A stretch of 64,000 nt of DNA from an uncultured Nitrososphaeraceae archaeon (GCA_963837175.1 CAWIMJ010000007.1:1-64000), one strand, 5' to 3'; shown: positions 43,191 to 54,938, counted from the stretch's first letter. Program-made: numbers and translations. Notes: a model not told the origin generated them from the letters alone.

Positions 43191-43602
43191 AAATTTGACA
43201 CGACTATGAGTCTCAGCTTCTAATTCTTAATGTAGCAGTATTAGATAACTAGTGACTCGGGTTCGGTTGAACATAGGAGACAGATTTGACTCAATTTTGC
43301 AACTAAAATTAGGTGTTTAATATTCATTGGTCCTGGAACTTTAGTAGTACTTAGCCACACTATTTCTTTAGCTATAAGCTACATTGGTTTTGGTTTTAGT
43401 AAATCCAAATGCTCCTACTTTATCGATATAATTTTGTATGGAAGGATAGATCGAAGCAAAAAATAAACCATTGCGGTAGATGTTGAATCCATACCTGCTC
43501 ACACGATATTCCCAGTCAGAGTTTTAAAGGTATGTACGCCTAGCTAGAATGAGGTTTAATGCATGACATTGATAATACAATTGTAAAGTTAACAGAAAAT
43601 AC

Positions 43603-44180
43603 TCATTTTGTAGCATTAGCAGTATTGTTCCCAAAGAAATTGAAAAGTTGCTCAATGAGAAATTTCGGATTTTCTTCAGCAATCCAATGTCCAGAGAGAG
43701 GAACTATGCCACCACGCACATTTGTAGATATAGACTGCATTGAATCTAATGGCGCAGTACCGAAACTATTCTCTCCACCAAGAGCTAAAACAGGCATCTG
43801 AAGCTTAACTTTAGAGTATTCTTTAATCTGTTCTGCATCTATCGGAAAGGCTCTATAGTACTCAAAGCCGGCACGCATTCCACCAGGAGCAGAATAACGA
43901 CTGACATATTCGTCTATATCCTCTTTTGTGATTGCGGCAGGATTATATGAATAATTACTATAGAACCAAGTAAGGTATTCTCTTTCTTTTCCTTCAACAA
44001 GTGTTTCTGGTATATCCCGTACCATATGAAATGGAATGTGCCATAAACGTGTTGAGTTTAGTGCCTGACCTATTCCTGTAATAGGAACATCAAGAATAAC
44101 CAAGCGTCTAACCTCATCAGGATGAGCAGAAGCAGACGAAAATGCTACCAGTGCACCTAAATCATGCCCAACTAAGAATG
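43603..44180 (-). pseudogene. Alpha/beta hydrolase (epoxide hydrolase-like), N-terminally truncated
   Basis: FLVGHDLGA...RRLVILDVP...YYRA...SGHWIAEENP; no N-terminal HGxP region seen. Confidence 0.75.
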
Positions 44181-44566
44181 AGTCTTCACATTATCAATAT
44201 CAAAAGATATTTCTTCTAAAGTGGGCTGTTGTTGTTGTGCTATTGCAGTATGATTTTGGTTTAATACTAATGTAAAAGCAAACAATATGCTGATCACAAT
44301 AATACCAATAATGAGAAACGTTATTGCAGTCACATGATGTGAAGCTGGAATGTGGATTTATCTTTTCCGACCATCACAGAACCTGGCCCTCGGTTTGTTA
44401 TAATAGTATGATGAATACATTGCCTTGCATTGTACCCAGAGCAGCTAAGAGATGCACATATGAGCATACTAGAGGCTTTAGTATCTTAGAAGTATTAGCA
44501 TGTTTACTTCTTTAGGAGATCGTTTCATAATATAAAGGATGTTAAAGCAAGATAAAACCATTTTCA

Positions 44567-44812
44567 ATGTCCAGGATCAATAATGTAAGAATTGTCTTAA
44601 TCCACCTTGATTTCATGGAAATCAATCGTCACAATGACACTGTCGAAGACTGGCTGACCGTCTGGCCGGCAGCGATAGACTCTGCACAGTTCAAGAAGGC
44701 AGTTAATAACGTTATGAACCCAAACGACAGAATGTCTGCGTATCCTCCCAGCACAGTGGCATCTCCCCATCTATTTAAGAAAGTTGCAGTGCCTGAAATA
44801 TGTGTAGAATAA
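44567..44812 (+). pseudogene. C-terminal remnant of an antibiotic-biosynthesis-monooxygenase-like protein
   Basis: VW...FKKA...YPPSTVASPHLFKKVAVP.IC resembles ABM-family C-termini (recalled similarity, not searched). Confidence 0.4.
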
Positions 44813-44974
44813 GCCCTTAGTCAGCCATATAATCACCAGTACCCAATTCTTGTTCTGTCTCTTCTTAATACCACTTGGTTGTTATAGAAGTATACAAGGC
44901 AGTGGTGTAGTCGAGGTGCACAGGGATATATATTTTCTTATTGACCTGATAGCATTAATTAATCTAAGTTAGAT

Positions 44975-45235
44975 TTACTTTACTCCCTCCGAAATTGTTA
45001 TCCTATCTGCAATATTCTTTACAAATGGGGTAATCATAATTGTCATGGGAAAGCCAATTGCGAATGTCGTCAAAAATATGCCAAACCACATTTCGAAAAA
45101 ATTATGAACAATTCCGATATTTATTATAGTAACGACTAAAGAGGTGAGCACTGACATTATAAAACCCATTATGACTCCAAATACTAATGTATAGTATTTC
45201 TTAGAAAGTTTATTTACCCTCTTTCCATTATTCAT
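44975..45235 (-). CDS. DUF2798-like small membrane protein
   Basis: MGFIMS..S...FFEMW...F.IGFP...P pattern. Confidence 0.7.
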   Translation of the reverse strand: MNNGKRVNKLSKKYYTLVFGVIMGFIMSVLTSLVVTIINIGIVHNFFEMWFGIFLTTFAIGFPMTIMITPFVKNIADRITISEGVK

Positions 45236-45428
45236 TCCCTAACTCTTAGCATCCAACTTATATACTTTGGAGTTTGGATTAGAAGAAGGGCAAGAGCATA
45301 TTACGGCTGGATACTAAGTATTTCTGCACAAAAGATTGGACAACATATTCTGACCTTTACCTGTGTCGTCATTATGCAATGGTTGCAGTAGATATTTAAT
45401 GCACATTAAGTTAAACAAGGAGACGAAT

Positions 45429-45998
45429 ATGGCCAAAATCGCATTAATAGTTGGTTCTGTTAGACAGGAACGCCAGGGTATTAAGGTTGCTCGCTGGATG
45501 GAGGAGAAATTAAAGAACCGTAACCACGTAGTATTTTTTATCGACCCGCTGGAACTGAATCTGCCTTTGCTTGATAAAATGTACAAGGAAATGACAGACC
45601 CTTCAGAAAAAATGAAATCCCTCCAAAGCAAAATAAATGATGCAGAAGGATATTTGGCGGTAACTCCTGAATATAATGTGGGAACCTCCGGTGCAATGAA
45701 AAATACATTAGATTACTTTTTAGAAGAATATTTTTTCAAGCCATCGGCTATTGTCTCTTATTCCCCAGGAATGTTTGGTGGGATAAATGCTGCCCAGCAA
45801 CTTAGACTAATTTTTGCAGAGTTAGGAGCGCCTTCAATATCTTCATCCTTCTCAATACCAAGGCTCCACAAGGTGTTTAATGAAGATGGCAAACTAATAG
45901 ATGAAGCATATGACAAAAGGGTGTTGAAATTTCTTGCAGAATTTGAATGGTATATTGAAGCCTTCAAAAACCAAAGAGCAAAGGGCACTCCATATTAG
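45429..45998 (+). CDS. NADPH-dependent FMN reductase
   Basis: IVGSVR, VTPEYN, KNTLD, SYS.G.FGG. Confidence 0.9.
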   Translation: MAKIALIVGSVRQERQGIKVARWMEEKLKNRNHVVFFIDPLELNLPLLDKMYKEMTDPSEKMKSLQSKINDAEGYLAVTPEYNVGTSGAMKNTLDYFLEEYFFKPSAIVSYSPGMFGGINAAQQLRLIFAELGAPSISSSFSIPRLHKVFNEDGKLIDEAYDKRVLKFLAEFEWYIEAFKNQRAKGTPY

Positions 45999-46088
45999 AT
46001 CTTAAAGTGCAGGGTTTAATTGATATACGATGAGGTGACCCATAAACAATAGTTTTATATGAAATGGTATGGGCATAGAGGTAGCCAG

Positions 46089-46208
46089 ATGACAAACATC
46101 GCCCCTTACATATGCGAAGAATGTTATACTCTCTTCAACTCACAAGAAGAACTAATTCAACATGAAAACTATGCAAGATACAGGAGACCAGGTTATTGCT
46201 GGCAATAA
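46089..46208 (+). CDS. Tiny C2H2-like zinc-finger peptide, possibly degenerate
   Basis: YICEECYTLFNSQEELIQH; second His absent. Confidence 0.4.
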   Translation: MTNIAPYICEECYTLFNSQEELIQHENYARYRRPGYCWQ

Positions 46209-46360
46209 TAACATTCCTTATTAACCTTATTTCGTTTCAAAATTCCAGTCTACTACGAATCGAAGAGATCGACGACAATCGTTATTGGGCTATAGCTGGT
46301 GACCTTGACATCTTCTTCAGGAATATTACAAGCAATTAATTTCTGATAACCTCTGCTCCA

Positions 46361-46495
46361 CTATTTGCGCAGTGGTCTGAAGCCCGCACGAACCTCTTCT
46401 GAAAAGAGTTCCGGCTGTTCCCAGGCCGCAAAGTGCCCGCCTTTGTCGAGCTTGTTGTAATGGATGAGTTTGTGATAGGCCCGCTCTGCCCAGCT
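46361..46495 (-). pseudogene. C-terminal fragment of a microsomal-type epoxide hydrolase
   Basis: SWAERAYHKLIHYNKLDKGGHFAAWEQPELFSEEVRAGFRPLRK* in a GC-rich patch. Confidence 0.75.
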
Positions 46496-46720
46496 ACCCA
46501 AATCATAGAACCATTCAATGGGTCAGATGATGCTGCAAAGTAGTCATCATATCTATTAGATAATTCATTTGCTGTTCCTAATTTCAAAAACTGTGGTTCC
46601 TTTATTGAGTTAAGTTCATCAGCATCATCATTAGATGTTCGTGTTGAAACTAAAATACTAGGATAAATTGAGTATGAAGAATATCCAAATATAATACCCA
46701 AATTTCCACCATCTCCACTT
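46496..46720 (-). pseudogene. Fragment of a secreted-protein-like gene
   Basis: GNLGIIFGYSS..IYPS...RYDDYFAASSDP..WVAG; no N-terminus seen. Confidence 0.4.
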
Positions 46721-47311
46721 TTGCTTATTTGGTCAAAAAGGGAGCGATATCTGAGCTTCTTTTAGTGGAAGTATTATAATTATATATCTCACCAATGATT
46801 GAAGTACCTCCATCTCATTATTATCGAAGCAGGGATAGTGGAGGTATTTGTAATAAGGTGGAGATAGCAAAACTTGATAGATCATTCATCTCCACTACTT
46901 TTACACTTGTTTTGAGCACGAATTTGCTCTTGGTGCAGGTAATGAAGATGGTGGAGATATTTTCCTATAACTTTTATGATTATATTGCGGTACATATTTT
47001 ATCGATACTTTTTCACATCTATTACATAAATTACATGCAGGCTCATATGTTATAGATTAGTATTGAAGAATTGAAATACACTCTAGCAATGTTTTAGTAA
47101 ATGTTTATATGTCAGCTAATTTGCCGTTACGTTATTAAGAATTAAATCTTGAATTTCTCTTCAAAAAATTACAGAAGGTTTAACGCATATGTATATTATG
47201 CATCTTCTTATGTTGGTGCTGCAGCTAATGGTGATGATGATAATAATGATGATAGATACTTTTAAGCTCGATAGTTAAGATACGAAGCTTCGAGATGAGT
47301 CGATTCTATAA

Positions 47312-48839
47312 TTATATAAGACCTAAATCCTTGTGTGGGTTTCCGACCATATTCTTAGCCACAACTATCTTGTCAAATTCTTTTGCGCTAACATAGCCAC
47401 TTGATATAGCCGCATCGCGCAAAGTAGTCTTTTGGTCAAATGCTTTGTGAGCAATAGCAGAGGCCTTGTCGTAACCAATTACGGAGCTGAGAGCTGTCAC
47501 AAGCATTAATGATTCATTTACGTATTGGCTAATTCTATCGCTATCAAGAGTTATTCCTTCTATGCTGTATCTACGCAGCTTGTCACATGCATCGCCCAAG
47601 ATATTTGCTGAATGAAGTACATTTTTTATGATTATTGGTCGCATTGCGTTTAGCTCAAAATTGCCTTGTGATCCAGCAATAGCCACGGCAGTATCGTTTC
47701 CAATAACTTGTATGCAAACCATTATCATAGCTTCTTCTTGTGTTGGGTTTACTTTTCCGGGCATTATTGAAGATCCGGGTTCGTTTGCAGGTAGGTTAAG
47801 CTCATGTAAGCCAGCACGAGGGCCTGATCCTAACCATCGAATATCATTTGCAATCTTCATAAGCGCTACAGCAAGTGACCGAAGAGCTGGCACTTGCATT
47901 GACCATAGGATCGAGCGATGCTTGTGCAGTAAACTTATTTGGAGCAGTAAAAAACGGATGTCCTGTCAGTCGAGCAATTTCAGATGCAATCTTTTCTCCA
48001 AATCCTGCAGGGGCATTGAGTCCCGTTCCTACTGCTGTACCTCCAGCCGCAAGTTTGTATAACCCCCTGATCGATATTTTAATATTATCAAGAACATCTT
48101 TGAGCTGTACTGCATACCCAGACCATTCCTGTCCTACTGTAAGTGGTGTTGCATCCTGTAAATGAGTACGACCAATTTTGATTATGTCAACCCACTTCAA
48201 TGCCTTGTCCCACATCACATTTATCAGAGCCTCTACATTTGGAATGAGATGATTTGTAAACTCTAGAACTGTTGCAATATGCATGGCAGTTGGAAATGTA
48301 TCATTAGATGACTGTGACATATTTACATGGTCATTTGGATGAATCGGTGTTTTTGTACCTATTATACCACCCGCCATCTGTATTGCTCGGTTTGATATTA
48401 CTTCATTAACATTCATGTTTGTTTGTGTGCCAGAGCCAGTTTGCCATACATATAGTGGAAATTCACTGTCGAGACTGCCACTTATAACTTCGTCAGCAAC
48501 TTTGATAATGAGATCCTCCTTGTCACTTGGTAATCTACCTTCTGGAGCATTTACAATTGCTGCAGCTTTCTTGACATATCCATAGGCGTGATAAACAGCC
48601 TTTGGCATACGATCGTCACCAATAGAGAAATGGACAAGTGATCGCTGTGTTTGAGCACCCCAGTAATGATCAGCAGGTACTTCTATATCGCCCATAGAGT
48701 CAGACTCTATACGCATTCCTGATGAGGCACGTATTCCAGTATTGTATTTATGATCATCTGCCGTTCTCGGTAGCAGTCCATTGCTGCTATTATTGGAAGA
48801 TTTATCAAGGTTATTATCCGAAGAATTTGTCATGTCCAT
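47312..48839 (-). CDS. fumC: Class II fumarate hydratase (frameshift near 47895)
   Basis: [35 protein letters not shown]. Confidence 0.95.
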
Positions 48840-48881
48840 TTAACTTTCTCGATTTGTAGATATTTAGACTTACACATATTT

Positions 48882-50550
48882 TCATGAACTCACAGCAAAA
48901 GATCTATACTCTGGTTTGTAGAGCATTGCCTTGAGCCAGAAATTGATATCGTGGGGCCGTGGAGCATCAACTCCCTCTAGGTTACGCTCAAAGACAAGCC
49001 CGGCGACACGTTCGGCGGTGCGCACCTCTGTATCCAAGATATTGCTTTGGGGTGGGAATAGCATACCCATCTTGAGTTGATTGTCAGTTACCTGATCAGC
49101 TGTTGCTCTTGCAGCTTCAATAAACATTTCATCGGTTACAAACTTTGCACGGGTAGCATAAATTGCAAGGCCGACCGCCGGATATACGTAAAAGTTATTT
49201 GCTTGTCCGGGAAGAAAAATATTACCATTATAATGCACTGGAGGAAACTGCACACCAGCTGCATAAATGGCCTTACCACCAGACCATCTATATGCTTCTT
49301 GTGGGGTGCACTCGGCATGTTCAGTTGGATTGGACAGAGCAAATATGATTGGTCGTTCATTTACCTTAGACATGGTCTCTACCACGGCCTGAGTAAATGC
49401 TTTACCTATAGTACTTACACCAATCAAGATGCTAGGCCTAATCGAGTCTACTGCATCTACTAGATCGTGAGTGGGAGTATGTGTATGAGCATACACCTTT
49501 TGCTGAGATATCAGGTCTGTACGTGTATTCTCCAATAAGCCGTTCACATCGAACATCCAGATGCGGCTTCGAGCTTGTTCTTTAGATAGACCCTCGAGTT
49601 TCATTGTCGACCTGATCATATCAGCAATACCAATACCAGCCGATCCAGCACCTAGTAAAAGAATACGCTGATCTTTAAGGCTCTCGCCAATTATACGCAT
49701 AGCGTTTACCAGTCCAGCAACGGTTATGCTGCCAGTGCCTTGAATGTCATCATTGAAGGCAGCATACTTTATCGCGGTAGCGAGATAGATAATGGAGGGC
49801 ATCGGTGCCTTTCCAGTCTTCAAAATGGATGCAGCAGTTCTGGAAGCATTCTTGGACAGCCTGCACAAACTCATCTACGAATAGCTCTGTTTCTTGTATA
49901 CTGGGACGAGTTTGTCGTAATCCTAGATAGAGAGGGTCATTTAGCAATTGGCGATTATTCGTGCCGAAATCAAGTAGGAGTGGTAGAAGTCCATGTGGGG
50001 GTACACCTGCACAGGCGGTATACAGTTGTAGCTTTCCAATCGGTATGCCCATACCGTTCGCACCAAGATCTCCTAGTCCGAGGATGCGACCACCAGAAGA
50101 TACGCAAATAACGCGCACATCCTTCTCGGGCCAGTTCGAAATGACCTCGTGCACACGTCCTTTTTGATTCATTGATATGTACATTCCATTCGGCCGACGG
50201 TATATGTGTCCGAACGTTAGGCAAGCCTCACCAACGGTCGGATCGTAAAGTATTGGTAGGAAGTATGCAGGATCAGACATTACGACATGGTAAAAAAGAG
50301 TCTGGTTTGAATCGAAGAGCTGGATCAGGAAAATGTAACGCTCCAGGTCAGTCGGCTTTTGACCCAATTGCTGGAGGATACGTCGCTGCTGTTGGTTGAT
50401 AGTCTCAACCGAAGGGGGTAGAAGACCTTCGAGACCAAAGGCAGCGCGTTCGGCATCTGTAAAAGCTGTACCTTTGTTTAGTGCCGATGTGTCAAGTAGT
50501 TTTATTCCTCTCTCATGCGGAGAAACCGAGGTCTCATAATGAGGTGACAT
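48882..50550 (-). CDS. maeA: Malic enzyme, large SfcA/MaeA type (frameshift near 49760)
   Basis: NKGTAFT, YDPTVG, RILGLGDLG, HFEDW, FNDDIQGT, GAGSAG, LSNPT, GQANN. Confidence 0.93.
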
Positions 50551-50815
50551 AAATGCACAATAGAAATGTTCGGCTCGATTTAAGCATGATGCAAGTCAAG
50601 CCATAGATATTCATGAGCCATTTTGTCTAATATTATGCACCTTATTGAAAGCTACTAAATTTTTTAACCTTATATGCATAGACCAACATTGATCTAAAAA
50701 AAGGGCTTGATTTGATTTATTTTGTTAAGGTAATGATCGCAATAAGAAAAGCGACCAGATGCTTTAAAATATCATCATTTATGCGATCATTTCTTATTCC
50801 AAAATGCCGTGTCCT

Positions 50816-50998
50816 CTATAATAATTGGCCACAATATGGGCAATATTTGATATGTGTTGGTGAATGATAATCTAGACCAGCTTGGAGCATCTCATCGTTA
50901 GCAGTAACTAGATTGAATAGATACTTCTCCTCTTTTCCGCTCTCCAGCTTACGGACAAAGAGACCATGGTCAGGATTAGCTGAAGCAGCGAAAGGCAT
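50816..50998 (-). CDS. Small protein with C-terminal CPYCG zinc-ribbon half; possibly a remnant
   Basis: IKYCPYCGQLL at the C-terminus. Confidence 0.45.
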   Translation of the reverse strand: MPFAASANPDHGLFVRKLESGKEEKYLFNLVTANDEMLQAGLDYHSPTHIKYCPYCGQLL

Positions 50999-51116
50999 AC
51001 GAAGAACTATTCCTCAAGACTACGCGACATTTAAATGGAAAGACAATGAAGATCACTTTAAACGCTTTCTTCATCCACGTGATTTGAGGGAGAAAGTTCT
51101 CAAAAAACTTGAAAAT

Positions 51117-51614
51117 ATGGGCATACATATCCACTTAGAAGGAAAGGAAGAAATCAAACTTCAAGAGCACAAAACACATAGTCCAGGTAAAAGGGGTTCA
51201 TCTGATAAAGTTGATGATGAAGATCATGGAGGATGGCAATCTGCTTACAAAGCAACAGAGGAGGTTGAGAAGTTAAAAAAGGCTATGGAAAAGCCTGGAG
51301 CCATAGAATTTCTTTACGGGAAGATAATTAGGTCACATCTAGCGCATAAATTGGCTAAATTTAAGATATTAGCGTTTCTTCATGCTGCAAAGATAGACGA
51401 AACAGCACTTCATAAGATGATGGGAATAGGAGCGTCTCTTATGCAAGATGATATAAAAGAACAAGATACTGCTAACTTCAAGCTCATTCACCAAGGATTG
51501 CAGTTATTTGACGACAATCAATTGGAACAATATGCAGACAACTTAGCTAAATCGTTAATAGAAGATCGTGGATACTACGCTTTATTATATATAGCAGGAT
51601 TCTTGAAGCTTTAA
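51117..51614 (+). CDS. Hypothetical protein convergent with the integrase (start uncertain; ORF open from 50913)
   Basis: Long open frame, helical composition, no recognised motif. Confidence 0.55.
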   Translation: MGIHIHLEGKEEIKLQEHKTHSPGKRGSSDKVDDEDHGGWQSAYKATEEVEKLKKAMEKPGAIEFLYGKIIRSHLAHKLAKFKILAFLHAAKIDETALHKMMGIGASLMQDDIKEQDTANFKLIHQGLQLFDDNQLEQYADNLAKSLIEDRGYYALLYIAGFLKL

Positions 51615-51708
51615 TCTTAAACTCCTTTTTATCACATAATAAACTGGAGTATATAGGAGCATGATATAATATAACTCTGTTAATTTGCAGTAGCATTCAA
51701 ATCATATT

Positions 51709-52975
51709 TTAAGTATTATTAATAGTTGGTTTCAATTGTCCTGTATCTATTAGTGATTGAATTAGTTGTTCAAAGTGCTCTTGCTTCTTTATTAAACTCT
51801 CAATCTGATTCTCCTTCTCTACCAGTTTTGCTTTGATTATATATTCACTATCTTTGCTCTTTTCCTTTAATTCTAAAACTTGCTTCTGCAGTAGGAGTTT
51901 ATCACTATTGATTGTAAGCAAGTCTACTGCTTTCAAATAATCTTCTAAAACTTCACGTTCAGTAGGTTTGTAGTACATTCTGAAACTCCAATATCATGTC
52001 CCATAGTTAGTTCTACATTTATTGGCCTCATCACCTGTTCAGCATGAGATTTGTAGAACTTACGAAATCCATGAGCTGCCTTCCATTCATGGCGCTTGAC
52101 ACCCGTTGTTAGAGTTTGACGAATTCCCTGTTCCCACAACGCTCGTTCTAAAAGCCGTTTTATTCCGCTACTTTGGAGTTTCTTTGGACACGTAGCAAGA
52201 CCCCATTTTGCTCCATAATTCATGTTCGTTGTCTGCCACAAATCACGCATAACCCAGGATTCGCCAGTTATCTTTTCACCGTAGCCTGCTCTAAAGTCAA
52301 TCCAATCTTTCAATGCATTATAAGCCTCTGGTGTTATGAAAGCATAATATTCTTCTCTGTCTCCAGGATAAACCAATACTTTGGCAGCAATTATCTCTCC
52401 GGTAGTCTTGTTAGAAATTGGAGTTATATACTTCCACTGCAGATAATCCCATGCACCTATTCTAATTCCCGAAGAAGCCATAGTATAAATAATTGCTTTA
52501 ATTCTCCTGTCAGGGTACTCTATCACTCTCTGTATCTCTTCTAGAGTTGGTGCTCTATCATTTGCTGCTTGTATTCCCTTTGACAGGCCTCTTGTTATTT
52601 TCTTCCATGGAACGTCCAAATCAGCACTTCACAAAATACTTTTAATGATTTTACAAAATTCTTTAAAGTAGCAGCCGTTATCTCTTCCTTTTCAACTCTT
52701 TCTTTTTGAAATTGTAAGAATCGTATTACCTGATTTAATGTCCAATTAATATTGGTCTTCGCCCTTTCTGCAAGATGGTTACATCTTATTTCTATCTCTT
52801 TAATCTCGATTTCAAATTGAATAAAGTCAAAGAATGTTCTTAGCCTTCTCTCATAATACTTTCGTGTTAGGTCGGACCTTATAGAATATTTGAACATCAT
52901 GTATGGACTTAACTGGCTTTCTTCTTCTGCTTTTGATAATACTGTATCTATGACGGTGTTCGAATTAGTCTGCAT
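51709..52975 (-). CDS. Tyrosine recombinase/integrase (two frameshifts, near 52615 and 51980)
   Basis: SSGIRIGA, HGFRK, MGH, YYKP; clear paralogue of 2223..3469. Confidence 0.9.
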
Positions 52976-53033
52976 GTCTTTTTGAGTTATATATAATATC
53001 AAAATGAGACCTAATAAAGTGACAAGATTGACA

Positions 53034-53130
53034 TGGGGCCAGTGGGATTTGAACCCACGACCGCCAGCGCCCCAGGCGTGTACCTCTTTATTGAGAGATG
53101 GTATCCTAGACCAAGCTAGACGATAGCCCC
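53034..53130 (-). tRNA. tRNA-Pro(GGG) with a 21-nt non-canonical intron (position 29/30, 53078-53098)
   Basis: Acceptor stem GGGGCTA/TGGCCCC, T-arm GTGGG TTCAAAT CCCAC; intron removal restores the CCAGC/GCTGG anticodon stem; relaxed BHB. Confidence 0.92.
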
Positions 53131-53154
53131 TTGTCAAAATCAGATAAGTTTACC

Positions 53155-53164
53155 TCTTTTAAAT
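53155..53164 (-). promoter_or_regulatory. TATA box of tRNA-Pro
   Basis: TTTAAAAG on the minus strand about 26-33 nt upstream of the tRNA 5' end. Confidence 0.5.
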
Positions 53165-53777
53165 GTACAGTAATTGTCCAAAATAAGATTATGATTAATA
53201 CATAAATTGGAATTAAAGTGAAATGGTAATCGCTTATAGTATAATGAATTTCTCGAAAAATAAAGAGCAATTATATTAGCCATCAATCATGTTAATTGGA
53301 TCAGTCGTTTTATATTGCATATAGAGGAATATTTATCGTATAAACAATAGTACTTTATCGTATTTTCTCATGTAAGAAACATTTACCGATATTTTGTTGT
53401 GTAACAAGAGCGTAATTATTGAAGTTACACTTGATATCATATAAACAGTAGTTGATGTAAAGCAAAGATACTATAGTAGTCTTGTGTTTCTTTTATTACA
53501 TATTCTAATTCTCTACTGTTTTCTTAGTCTTTTTGTTAGAGAATGACTTTGGATAATTTTTCCTTACAGTTAACAGGTTCAAAACCTTGTTTATAACATC
53601 TGCGATGTGTGTGTGTTGTAATTGTTGGTTATTATTTAATATTCAGAGTTTATCAATAAAGATTACTGAATTTTCAGTGATTTCCCTCAAGATACATTAT
53701 CTTGCTTTCTTTTACTTTCCCTAATTTCACAGATATGATAAGTTATTTATTATGAATGGTAGCAAATCAATAAATAA

Positions 53778-54587
53778 TCAAATCGCTTTCATCCTACCGA
53801 AAGAAAAAACTCCAAGTGCTCCTAAACCTGCAGTAAATGCAATTAATATGCTTATATCTACTTCAAAAGGCGCGCTCCCTATGCCAATCATAGCATTCCT
53901 GAGCGCGTCTACAGCGTATGTGGCAGGATCTATTAATATTAAAAATGAAAGCCAATCAGGGAGGTTATCTAACGAAAATAGAGCACCACTTAAAAAGAAA
54001 ATAGGGAAGACTACAAAACTTACAATCATCTGGAATCCTTCTAGACTATGCATATAGCTACCAAGAGTAAGACCTAGCGATGTCAATGAAAACGATAGAA
54101 GCAAAACAACTACTACAGTTTGAACTAAGGATAAAATAGTATAGTTAATGCCTATAATACCTCCAACTATCAAAAGTATAGAAACCTGAACCAGCGAATT
54201 TGTCATCCCTCCAAATGTTTTACCTACAAAAACAATTCCTCTGCTGACAGGTGCGACCATTACACTTTTTAAAAAGTCAAATTTTCTGTCCCATATTATA
54301 TACAATCCATAAAAAATGGATGTAAATATGACAGACATACTAACTATCCCAGGAAAAATGAACCTTTGATAATCCACATTTGCATCAATGGTATTGATGT
54401 TATTTGAGCCAATACCTGATCCAAGTACAAATAACCAAAGAAGTGGTGTGAATGTAGATGCTACAAGCCTGCTCCTTTCTCTTAAAAATACTTTAAATTC
54501 TCTAAGCCAAATAGCATATATTTTGTCAAAAAGTATTTCTAAATGAGCCCGAATACTTTTGTAGCTATCATTTATAGTAGTAGGCAT
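53778..54587 (-). CDS. ABC-2 type exporter permease
   Basis: IWLREFK, FPGIV, IIWDRKF, FFLSGALF, DPATYAVDALR. Confidence 0.92.
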   Translation of the reverse strand: MPTTINDSYKSIRAHLEILFDKIYAIWLREFKVFLRERSRLVASTFTPLLWLFVLGSGIGSNNINTIDANVDYQRFIFPGIVSMSVIFTSIFYGLYIIWDRKFDFLKSVMVAPVSRGIVFVGKTFGGMTNSLVQVSILLIVGGIIGINYTILSLVQTVVVVLLLSFSLTSLGLTLGSYMHSLEGFQMIVSFVVFPIFFLSGALFSLDNLPDWLSFLILIDPATYAVDALRNAMIGIGSAPFEVDISILIAFTAGLGALGVFSFGRMKAI

Positions 54588-54938
54588 TTTTTCCCGACCG
54601 TCCGTATAGAATGGGTAAGATGAATAAATTCGAAGTGTTGGCATATAACTGATGGATGTAGAACGTGAATGAATATAGCATATAGGTAAGTTTTGGCAAT
54701 ACTCATTAAATAACAACTTCATTCCATTTACTATTTATTTATTTATTTTTAGCAGTTTGTCTAGATGATAGAAACTAATTTTGTTGATATTTGACCGCTT
54801 ACTTAAAATCTTTTTCTCCTAATAAAGAAAGGGTTTCCTAGTCAAAAAGGTTTTATTAGATCCTAGAAAATCTATTTATGTAATCATGACTTTATTAGAT
54901 ATGATGAGCATATACTGTTACTATCATATGGTACAAAG

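Larger units (their letters stand above)
43169..53055. mobile_element. ~9.9-kb integrative island at tRNA-Pro(GGG)
   Basis: Integrase next to the tRNA 3' end, att repeat at the distal end, GC-richer cargo and gene fragments. Confidence 0.8.

Noticed and set aside
49077-50399. Multiple overlapping ORFs within the malic enzyme gene
   Set aside because: Expected shadow ORFs in GC-richer DNA with fewer stop codons.
52976-53137. Integrase ORF apparently extending through tRNA-Pro (SSV1-like split integrase)
   Set aside because: The extension is just the tRNA read in frame; a plausible ATG lies at 52975 and no integrase fragment is seen at the distal att.
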